DNA of 64,000 nt from Candidatus Melainabacteria bacterium 17Bon1m (GTDB taxonomy: Bacteria; Cyanobacteriota; Vampirovibrionia; Obscuribacterales; Obscuribacteraceae): NCBI GenBank assembly GCA_032128875.1, contig JAVLKG010000004.1, forward strand, positions 544,001-608,000, written 5' to 3'. The stretch's first letter is position 1, and the number at the start of each line of letters is the position of its first letter. The position numbers and the translations under genes were made by a program. Positions 56,249-64,000 of this stretch are shown here, one piece after another. The notes beneath the pieces are model-generated. The model did not search any database and was not told the DNA's origin. It saw only the letters and a list, made by a program, of their open reading frames with translations.

Positions 56249-58414
56249 TTAAAAAATGCGCCCTATCTTGTTGACGATCTTGCCGAAGAAGGTCTTTACA
56301 CCACGTTTGCGATTATGACGCTCAGTAAAGGTTTCCTCGATGCTATCGCCAACCTTTTCGATGCCGTCACCGACTTTTTCAATTCCATCACCAACTTGCT
56401 CCATTCCATCTTCAACGAAATTTGCAATGGAAAATGGTGCAACTTTAGTCAGCGGGTGTTCAGGAGCAGCGAAAGCCAATGTTTCTGCCGGTCTTTTTGC
56501 TAGATAGCCTTGCATGTAGTCGTGCCAAATACCAGCCATGACACCGCCACCGGTGACGTGGTTTCCGGCGACAGGACGATTATCATCGTTGCCCGCCCAA
56601 GTCGCTGTCACCACATCTGGTGTAAAACCGACAAACCAGATATCTTTCGCTTTGTCGGCGGTGCCAGTCTTGCCTGCTACCGGTACACCTGGAAGATAGG
56701 CTCTGGTGCCGGTTCCTCTGCTGACCACATCCATCAAGGCGTCTACCATTTGACGGCAATTTTCGACCGGTAGCTTTTGCTGGCGTGTTTGCTCGAATAT
56801 TTTATTTATCGACTTGTCTTTGGTTGATATCCGGCGAATAAATGATGGCTGAATGTACATTCCCGAGCGAGCAATTGTCGCATAGGCATTTGCCATTTCC
56901 AGCGGAGAAACAGCACAAGTGCCCAAAGCCAATGACGGATATGCATCCATTTGACTGGTGATACCGGCAGCTTTTGCAGTGAGCACTACGTTGTTCATCC
57001 CTGTTCGCTGACCAACTGCAACCGCGCATACGTTGCGGGACTTGGCTAGTGCGTCGCGAACGGTTATTGTGCCCATATAACCATCATCAAAGTTTCGAGG
57101 TGAATAAACGGAGCCGTCCGGCATTTGCAAAGATAATGGAGCATCGTCCACCATGCTGTCCGGCTGGATAGCTCCGTTGATCAATCCGGCAAGATAGACG
57201 AAAGGCTTAAATGCGGACCCCGCCGTGTGTGGATTGAGCGCTCGGTTCCAGGAGACCTTCCCATATCCACCAACACCACCAACCATGGCAAGTACGCCAC
57301 CATCTTCAACTGATATCGATACGAGAGCACCCTGATTTATTCCTCTTGGAGCATGAATAACTCCTCGCTGCAAGGTCTTTTCGGCAGCAAGTTGAGCTGC
57401 CGGATCGAGGTTGGTATAAATCGAGAGTGGTTTTGACCACAACTTATCACCAATCTGCTCTTTGGCGACACCAAGTACATGATTTATGTAAAACGGGTAT
57501 TTGAGCGGATAATCGCCATCGCTAAAACGCAGTTTTTCTGTTTCCGCTTGAGAGGCGCGCAGTTTTGAAACTAATTTGGCTTCCACCATTGCATCTAAAA
57601 CTTGATGTTGGCGAGCAATTGCTTCTTTTCTATTTGCTTTTTGACTCAGTTCAGATGGAGCTTTGATCAAACCCGCAAGATATGCGGCCTCTGCAAGACT
57701 GAGTTGCGATGCATGTTTGTTGAAGTAAGCCAATGAAGCGCGCTCGATACCATAAGCACCTTTGCCAAAGTAAATCTGGTTCAAGTAAGTTTCCAGCACT
57801 TTGTTTTTTGAGTGGCTTGCGTTGATCAGAAGTGAGATCCAAGCTTCTTCCGCTTTGCGCATGAATGTGCGGTCTTCGGGGTTAAGATAAAGCGTTTTCA
57901 CCAACTGCTGTGTGATGGTCGAGCCGCCTTCTACCACGTGCCCAGCTTCGAGGTTTTTCACCATCGCTCGTCCGATTCCCGCTGGATCGATACCGAAGTG
58001 GTGATAAAAACTTTTGTCTTCCGCTGCAATTACAGCGTCTCGCATGTTGACCGAAATACGATCGAGCGACACCGGCTCTACATTTTTCTCTTCGTGGACG
58101 GTACAGATCAAGTGATCGTATCTGTCGAAAATCTGTACATTGCCTTTCTGCGCGTTGAGAGAAGGCAAAGAAATAAATGGATAACTGGCAATGCTCTTAA
58201 CCGCAAACGCTGCAATAAGAGAAAGGGAAAGGCACCCAATAATGGTCTTTGTTTTTTGATTCCTTATATCCAATAGGTCGAAAGGTTCGAATCTAAACTT
58301 CGAAGCGCCTGGCTTAGATATGGGCAATTTTCCATTGCGACTGCGTTTGCGCACCTTTTCTATGATTGCGCGCATTTTCGCCTTGGCTACGTCTGATGGT
58401 ATTCGGGTTTGCAT
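56249..58414 (-). CDS. Class A penicillin-binding protein (PBP1A family)
   Basis: TG motifs EDKSFY.H.G, GGSTITQQ and RK..E; TP motifs SAFK, SRN and KTG. Start uncertain (ATG 58414 or TTG 58504). Confidence 0.93.
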   Translation of the reverse strand: MQTRIPSDVAKAKMRAIIEKVRKRSRNGKLPISKPGASKFRFEPFDLLDIRNQKTKTIIGCLSLSLIAAFAVKSIASYPFISLPSLNAQKGNVQIFDRYDHLICTVHEEKNVEPVSLDRISVNMRDAVIAAEDKSFYHHFGIDPAGIGRAMVKNLEAGHVVEGGSTITQQLVKTLYLNPEDRTFMRKAEEAWISLLINASHSKNKVLETYLNQIYFGKGAYGIERASLAYFNKHASQLSLAEAAYLAGLIKAPSELSQKANRKEAIARQHQVLDAMVEAKLVSKLRASQAETEKLRFSDGDYPLKYPFYINHVLGVAKEQIGDKLWSKPLSIYTNLDPAAQLAAEKTLQRGVIHAPRGINQGALVSISVEDGGVLAMVGGVGGYGKVSWNRALNPHTAGSAFKPFVYLAGLINGAIQPDSMVDDAPLSLQMPDGSVYSPRNFDDGYMGTITVRDALAKSRNVCAVAVGQRTGMNNVVLTAKAAGITSQMDAYPSLALGTCAVSPLEMANAYATIARSGMYIQPSFIRRISTKDKSINKIFEQTRQQKLPVENCRQMVDALMDVVSRGTGTRAYLPGVPVAGKTGTADKAKDIWFVGFTPDVVTATWAGNDDNRPVAGNHVTGGGVMAGIWHDYMQGYLAKRPAETLAFAAPEHPLTKVAPFSIANFVEDGMEQVGDGIEKVGDGIEKVGDSIEETFTERHNRKRGVKTFFGKIVNKIGRIF

Positions 58415-58583
58415 GGTTTTCCGGCAAGAGGGGCCGATTGCTAGACTCTGACGCAGACGCCCGGGCAAGAGCGGTGGTTCCCGGTCACTTGATTGCCTGG
58501 GCAAGGCGAAACAGCCGGCCTGGAGCCGGCTGTTTGCTTGTCAGTGCTGTGTGTAGGAAAACTTTGGTTGCGCTTTTGGGGTT

Positions 58584-58612
58584 ATGTTAGAAAAACCAGA
58601 TTTTTCTAACAT
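58584..58612. terminator. Perfect 12-bp inverted repeat immediately after the 58615-59850 gene
   Basis: ATGTTAGAAAAA-ccaga-TTTTTCTAACAT. Confidence 0.55.
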
Positions 58613-58614
58613 CC

Positions 58615-59850
58615 TCATTTTTTGCGCTTGGAGCGTGAATTTTTAGTTTTCGCTCTTGACTTTTTGCCCGATTTGCTCGAGCTGGTCGATTTGGCTGTGG
58701 TTGCAGTTTTGCTGGTTTCCTTGCTCGCTGCTGCTGCTGCAACAGCTGGCATCTTGCCTGCTTTATATTCCGAATCGCAGTATCTGTCGATAGAATCCTG
58801 TGTTCTTGTTGCGAAGTCCTTTTCTGATAGCAAGAACTGGGAGACATTCGGAGTCGTTTGATTGAAATCGGTCAGATCGATTATTTGCTGTTCGCAAATG
58901 GCTTCTTCGACATACTGAGGCTCGACAGCGCTCGATGAATTAGCGGTTTCGTTGGGTCCGAATAGGGCAGGTTGTCCTGCTCTATAGTCGAAGGTCCTGG
59001 AATCATCCTCTTCATTGAAGACAGCTTTCGATATCGCCAGGTCCAACAATTCGCTGGTCATCATGTTGCCGCCGCGACCTCTGTCTTTGAACATTTGCGC
59101 TTTTGTGCGCTCTAGAAGTTGGTGGAATTGCTTGAGGATAAAGCTCATTCTTTCTTCTGCCGAAGTCTCTTGTCCGTCCATAGTCCAAACGACTTTGGAA
59201 CCGTTTACTTCAGCAAAAATTCTGGCAACAGGCTTGAAAAATGTTTCTACTTTGGTCAATCTCATTACTTTGTCTACAGGCATCAGGAATATATCGATGC
59301 GCCCATCTATACCGCGGAAGAGCAGGCTCCATGTGCGGGTCGAAAAGCGTGCACGATAATCTTTTTTGATTTCATACGAATCATGTGCGCCTGGAAGTTT
59401 GATATTTTCTACAATAATTTCCGGACCGGTTAGCACCGTATACAGTTCAGTGTGTCCGACTGCAGTATTGACAAGACCGGCATACGGACTAAGCATTCCA
59501 ACAATTTTTCCGATGTAAGCGTGAATGGCATTGCTCTTGAGCAGCTCTTCTCTTTCTCTTTGTTTGGCGTGCTTATGCTCTTCTTCAATAAAAATAAGCG
59601 CTTCATTGGCAAGGTCTTCAAGCAACGCAGCATGATCGTGCTCAATAGTCATACTATTGAAAGAATTGAGAACACCTTTGCTGTGAGCGTTTTGCAACTC
59701 GAAATTTGAGCCTCGCAGATCCTTATAGATTTGCCTGTCTCTTTGACGGCTCAGGATGTTCACTTTGCCCCAGGCTCTTTGAAAGAAGGGCTCTTTCTCT
59801 TTGATGCCGGCAACATTGAGCATAAAAGTGTAGTAAGGGTTAGTGGACAT
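58615..59850 (-). CDS. Hypothetical protein with Lys/Ser/Ala-rich basic C-terminal tail
   Basis: 411-aa ORF with SD AAGGGG; ends AAAAAASKETSKTATTAKSTSSSKSGKKSRAKTKNSRSKRKK. Confidence 0.75.
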   Translation of the reverse strand: MSTNPYYTFMLNVAGIKEKEPFFQRAWGKVNILSRQRDRQIYKDLRGSNFELQNAHSKGVLNSFNSMTIEHDHAALLEDLANEALIFIEEEHKHAKQREREELLKSNAIHAYIGKIVGMLSPYAGLVNTAVGHTELYTVLTGPEIIVENIKLPGAHDSYEIKKDYRARFSTRTWSLLFRGIDGRIDIFLMPVDKVMRLTKVETFFKPVARIFAEVNGSKVVWTMDGQETSAEERMSFILKQFHQLLERTKAQMFKDRGRGGNMMTSELLDLAISKAVFNEEDDSRTFDYRAGQPALFGPNETANSSSAVEPQYVEEAICEQQIIDLTDFNQTTPNVSQFLLSEKDFATRTQDSIDRYCDSEYKAGKMPAVAAAAASKETSKTATTAKSTSSSKSGKKSRAKTKNSRSKRKK

Positions 59851-60024
59851 GGTTAGACCCCTTCAAATGTTTATTGAATTGGAAACACGGCACGCAGCCG
59901 GGCGAACACGCGGTGGAAGCCTTCTCAGACCTCGCTTTTACCGGTGCGCCTTGCGCTCTATATCTGCATCTTACGCCGCAGTGCTGGGATTGTGAATTCT
60001 CAAAATGCCTTTATCAATTGTGAG

Positions 60025-60040
60025 TATAGGAAAACCTATA
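60025..60040. promoter_or_regulatory. Palindrome TATAGG-AAAA-CCTATA, candidate regulator site
   Basis: Perfect 6-4-6 inverted repeat in the divergent intergenic region. Confidence 0.4.
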
Positions 60041-60222
60041 TATGACTCGACTATACGAGCAGTCCATAGGCCGAGGGCTCGACCTGGGTAATACCGATAT
60101 ATGGAACTTATCGGCTTTTCGGCTGTCTCATCTTTCTGTTCGCTAGATTTCTTCGAAATTCAATATCTGTCGCCCTTTTAGGGTTTGAGAAGCTGATAAG
60201 ATTTGCATGAGGGTGCCTAAAG

Positions 60223-61494
60223 TTGCAAAGTGATTCGGGGCTATCCCCCTCCCACAACAGTCGTAGTTCCGCACGAACTTTCCAAACTGTCCCAGTAGTA
60301 ATGGATTCTTCAAACACATTCTCCGACCGATTCAAGGCGACGCCCGCCAGCCAGTCATGCTCGCATGCTGGGTCGCTGGCCCCCGTCAAATTGGCGATGG
60401 TCAGTTGCGGGCTCGGCAATGTCAACAGAGGTTTTGAAGTTTCGACGGCACGTTGGTATTCGGCACTAAAAAACGACCCGCGCCTGGATGTTCGCCTTTT
60501 TGCCGGAGGGAATTATCCGGATAGCACTTGGGTTGCCAATCTTCCGCGTGATTTCCTTCTGCGCTGGCCGCTATACATCGCTTCTCTTTTCAATAAAAAA
60601 CATGTTTGGGAGTTTGCTTACGGCGCGGAAATGGTGACCTTCGCCATCGGCTTGCTTCCCCACATAATTTCCTATCGCCCAGACGTAGTTTGGACAAAAG
60701 AAGCACCATTTGGTTATGTGCTTATCTTCTTCAGAGACCTTCTTCGCCTGAAGTTCAAAGTGGTAATCGCGAATGGTGGCGGTTTTAAACCGAACACAGT
60801 CAAGCTATTCGATTACGTTCAACACCTTCAACCATCCTCCTATGAGGCAGCACTTTCTTTCGGAATTCCAAAGGAGCGCATGCAGGTTCTTCCGCACTTC
60901 GCTCGCTATGTTCAGCCGGATGCGCCCAGAGAAGAGGTAAGAAGAGAGTTTGGGCTTGCTCCTGACGAATATGCAGTTATTACTGTTTCCGCATGGAATC
61001 GTCATCACAAAAGAATCGATTACATTATCAATGAAGTCGCTCGGATGAACGACCCGAAAGTGAAAGTGATTATGTGCGGGCATCCGGAGCCTGATACGCC
61101 CGGCTTGAAAGAACTCGGCAAGAAGTTACTGGGCGATCGCATTCAGTGGCTGACACTGCCTGCAGAAGGTGTGCATCGCGCTCTTTATGCTTCGGATGCT
61201 TATGTTATTGCCAGCATTGATGAGGTTTTTGGCGCAGCGACAATTGAAGCGGCTCTGGCAGAAAAGCCGATTGCCTGCCATCCTAATGCCGGGACCAATT
61301 ACATCCTTGGTAAGTTCGTCGGAAATACTGATTTGACAAAGGATGGAGCACTCGCAGCAAGGCTCAATCAAATTCGAAACGAACCACCTTCGAAAGAAAA
61401 TTTGAAAGAAATTCGTGACAGCGTCAACAGCAAATTCAGCGAAGAAGTCTTGTGTGGAAGATTCGCCGATGCGGTTTGTAGCCTTCGAGGCTAA
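60223..61494 (+). CDS. Glycosyltransferase family 4 (GT-B)
   Basis: RGFE near the N-terminus, HKRID, and S..EVFGAATIEAA (EX7E). Start may be ATG 60301. Confidence 0.88.
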   Translation: MQSDSGLSPSHNSRSSARTFQTVPVVMDSSNTFSDRFKATPASQSCSHAGSLAPVKLAMVSCGLGNVNRGFEVSTARWYSALKNDPRLDVRLFAGGNYPDSTWVANLPRDFLLRWPLYIASLFNKKHVWEFAYGAEMVTFAIGLLPHIISYRPDVVWTKEAPFGYVLIFFRDLLRLKFKVVIANGGGFKPNTVKLFDYVQHLQPSSYEAALSFGIPKERMQVLPHFARYVQPDAPREEVRREFGLAPDEYAVITVSAWNRHHKRIDYIINEVARMNDPKVKVIMCGHPEPDTPGLKELGKKLLGDRIQWLTLPAEGVHRALYASDAYVIASIDEVFGAATIEAALAEKPIACHPNAGTNYILGKFVGNTDLTKDGALAARLNQIRNEPPSKENLKEIRDSVNSKFSEEVLCGRFADAVCSLRG

Positions 61495-61510
61495 CTGTCA
61501 GTTCGGCGGA

Positions 61511-64000
61511 TTAGGTCTTTGCCTTTATCCATTGCATGACGTCTTCGTAGCCCCTTTGAAGCTCGTCCAGCGCGACGTTTGCTCTGTAGGTGTCCTTTTC
61601 CTTTGACGCGTGCTCCAAATTCAAACTCTGCGCATGCATTTGTTTTGCACCAATTACTGATGCAATTCCAGCCAGCTGATGAGCGACTCTGGCACTCTCG
61701 ACGAAATCATGCGCCAGGGCCGCGCGCTTGAGCAGGTTCATAAGGGATTCGGCTTCGTCTTTGAAGGTTTGGAATATCTCGCTCATTGCCTCTCGTCCGT
61801 ACTGCTCGTGCAACCATTGCATGTCCACAGGTGTGGGTGCAAAATCGTCCTGTAAATCATCGCGCGTCACTTCGCGAGGAATAGCAGTTAGCTGATCCAT
61901 TTCACTTACTTGAAAGCGCGCACTGTGAATCAGATCAGAGAAGGCAACTTCTTCATTGGACATGCTTACGAATTCTTTCTTCGGCATCGACTGTTCACTC
62001 ATCCAGCGCTTTATCAAAGACCGAATATCGTCGAGAGAGACAGGTTTTGTGAGAAACTCGTCCATGCCGGCAGCAAAACACTTTTCTCTGTCCTGTGGCA
62101 AAACTGAAGCTGTTAGCGCTACGATTGGCGTATGTCGATGTCCTCTTTCTTCAATCCGCCTTATCTGGCGTGTGGCTTCAAAGCCGTCCATGACAGGCAT
62201 TTGGCAATCCATGAGGATAAGGTCATAGTTGCTTCCGGCCGCACTGCTCACAGCTTCCATTCCGTCAGATGCGGTGGCGACCTCGACCCCCAATCGTTTA
62301 AGTTGACGCGTGGCTAATTCTCTGAGCGCCGGATTGTCTTCAACAAGAAGCACTGTTTTAGCGGACAAACGCATGATCGTCGCATTGGCGGCGTCCAGAG
62401 CCGGCAAATCTTCACGTGTTTCGACCTGCTGATCAAAGTCATTAGAAACAGAATGTAAGAAGTCGCCGAAACGAAATGGTTTAACCAGCACTTTGGCAAA
62501 TCCAGCTTCTTTCAGTTTTCTATGATATTCCTTTGAATCGATATGAGTTAGTGCAACCCAACGGACTTTATCTGCAAATTCGCTCGCATTTATTTCTTCA
62601 ATTTGAGTGCGCGGGTCGATTGCCCTATTTGACATATCGACGAAGAGTCTTATTGGGCGCGGACTTTGCTTAGCCATCTTTCTGACTATCCACTCAGCTT
62701 CATCTATAGAACCGGCGGCTTGGTGTTCTATACCGCGTGCATAGGAATACATCGTCAAAGCCTCAGATGTGAATCTGTCATTCGAGACAATGATTAGTCG
62801 CGTAGTTTCCGGCTCTACACGTTGCGGGGCGCCATGCTGGGCACCCAGATAATCGATGCCATCTGTTCTCAGTGTTGTTTTGAACCAGAAAGTAGAACCA
62901 GCACCTTCATGACTTTCAACTCCGATTTCTCCACCCATCAGCTCTACAAGGCTCTTGCTGATCGCCAGTCCAAGCCCTGTTCCTGCTGTCTGAGAATTCT
63001 TGCTGCTTCTCGCCTGACTGAAAGGCAAAAAGAGATTTCTCTTTGTTTCGTCCGTCAATCCACAACCCGTGTCGATCACTGACGCCGAGAATGTCACGCG
63101 TTGATCAGCTAATGAGAGCTTCTCAACTCGAATATGAACACCACCAGATTCAGTGAACTTAAGGGCATTACCGCAGAGATTCACCAATATTTGCCTTAAG
63201 CGTTTTGGATCGCCCTTCAGTATCAGAGGCAAAGAGGGATCGACAAAGGTAGAAAGTGACAAACCTTTGCTGCGAGCAGTCGTACCTAGCATCTCGGCTA
63301 CGTCTTCGACGAGCGTTCGCATGTCAAAACTTTCCGATGTCAGTTCAAGCTTCTTAGCCTCGATTTTTGAGAGATCCAATATGTCATTGACGATTCCCAG
63401 CAAATTGTAAGCAGAGCTGTGCAGCGTGTTTGCAAGTTTTCGCTGGTCTTCTTCCAAGTGTCCATCGAGGATAAGCTCAGCCATCCCAATAACGCTGCTT
63501 AGCGGTGTTCGTATCTCATGGCTCAGGCTGGCTATGAAATCGGACTTTGTTTTTGAAGACTCGATAGCACTTTCGCAGGCAGTCCTCAATTCGTCAGTCA
63601 AAAGCTTCAGACTGTCATTCTTCGAGCCTGCTTCTGTGATCTGCTCCAAGAGGGCTTTGTTTAGACAATTAACCTCATCTTCATGAGCCTTTCTATCGGA
63701 GATGTCGTGCATAAAAGCGCAAACAGTGCCGGTCTCCGCACTACCAACTGGAAAGACTGCCAGCTCTAGGGGAAACTCGTGTCCTTCTTTATGGAGGGCG
63801 ACCATTTCCACACGCGTGTTGAAGAATTGACTTTGCCCGGTGGCGACAAGTCGTGAAAGTCCTTCTTTATGAGCTTTTGCGTGCTTAGAAGGAATGATCG
63901 TTTCTTCGAGAGTTTTCCCTACTACTTCGGCTCTCGACCAACCGAAAGTCCTCTCTGCTTGAGGATTCCAATCGAGAATCCGCCCGCTTTTATCAATAGC
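61511..64000 (-). CDS. Hybrid sensor histidine kinase PAS-HisKA-HATPase-REC-REC-HPt (5' end beyond the right edge)
   Basis: Frame is open to 64000 (AIDKSGRILDWNPQAERTFGW.., PAS); SHEIRTPL, NALKFT, DTGCG, GTGLGL, LLVEDN..LMDCQMP..KP and AHQLAG motifs. Confidence 0.95.
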   Translation of the reverse strand, partial: AIDKSGRILDWNPQAERTFGWSRAEVVGKTLEETIIPSKHAKAHKEGLSRLVATGQSQFFNTRVEMVALHKEGHEFPLELAVFPVGSAETGTVCAFMHDISDRKAHEDEVNCLNKALLEQITEAGSKNDSLKLLTDELRTACESAIESSKTKSDFIASLSHEIRTPLSSVIGMAELILDGHLEEDQRKLANTLHSSAYNLLGIVNDILDLSKIEAKKLELTSESFDMRTLVEDVAEMLGTTARSKGLSLSTFVDPSLPLILKGDPKRLRQILVNLCGNALKFTESGGVHIRVEKLSLADQRVTFSASVIDTGCGLTDETKRNLFLPFSQARSSKNSQTAGTGLGLAISKSLVELMGGEIGVESHEGAGSTFWFKTTLRTDGIDYLGAQHGAPQRVEPETTRLIIVSNDRFTSEALTMYSYARGIEHQAAGSIDEAEWIVRKMAKQSPRPIRLFVDMSNRAIDPRTQIEEINASEFADKVRWVALTHIDSKEYHRKLKEAGFAKVLVKPFRFGDFLHSVSNDFDQQVETREDLPALDAANATIMRLSAKTVLLVEDNPALRELATRQLKRLGVEVATASDGMEAVSSAAGSNYDLILMDCQMPVMDGFEATRQIRRIEERGHRHTPIVALTASVLPQDREKCFAAGMDEFLTKPVSLDDIRSLIKRWMSEQSMPKKEFVSMSNEEVAFSDLIHSARFQVSEMDQLTAIPREVTRDDLQDDFAPTPVDMQWLHEQYGREAMSEIFQTFKDEAESLMNLLKRAALAHDFVESARVAHQLAGIASVIGAKQMHAQSLNLEHASKEKDTYRANVALDELQRGYEDVMQWIKAKT

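Overview
Gene-dense bacterial chromosomal window of moderate GC. I see no integrase, transposase, phage module, rRNA or CRISPR array. The gene style (many Hanks kinase-TM-LRR receptors, many secreted hypotheticals, a stand-alone RHH protein) suggests a non-photosynthetic cyanobacterial relative (Vampirovibrionia/Melainabacteria, Obscuribacterales-like); this taxonomy is inference only. Main contents in order: TetR-MFS pair divergent from a truncated PAS gene; metallothionein-like peptide; hydrolases; an exported formylglycine-generating enzyme; ROK kinase; a three-subunit, mycobacterial Sdh1-type succinate dehydrogenase operon running into an MFS and a flavin monooxygenase; a tandem array of five Ser/Thr kinase-TM-LRR receptors (21807-32906); mitochondrial-type aconitase; an S41 peptidase / exported TPR protein / exported 12-aa-periodic ESESGG-repeat peptide locus (37194-40014); ampG, gntK, xthA, acyl-CoA dehydrogenase, DUF4139, ybjN-like/cysQ-like/rnd, tRNA-Asn, PBP1A, a GT4 and a hybrid histidine kinase. 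The best candidates for an undescribed system are (i) the LRR receptor-kinase array, whose activation loop is nearly invariant while the ectodomains diverge, and (ii) the exported multi-cassette ESESGG peptide next to a TPR protein and an S41 protease. All family calls come from motif recognition by eye; no database search was run.
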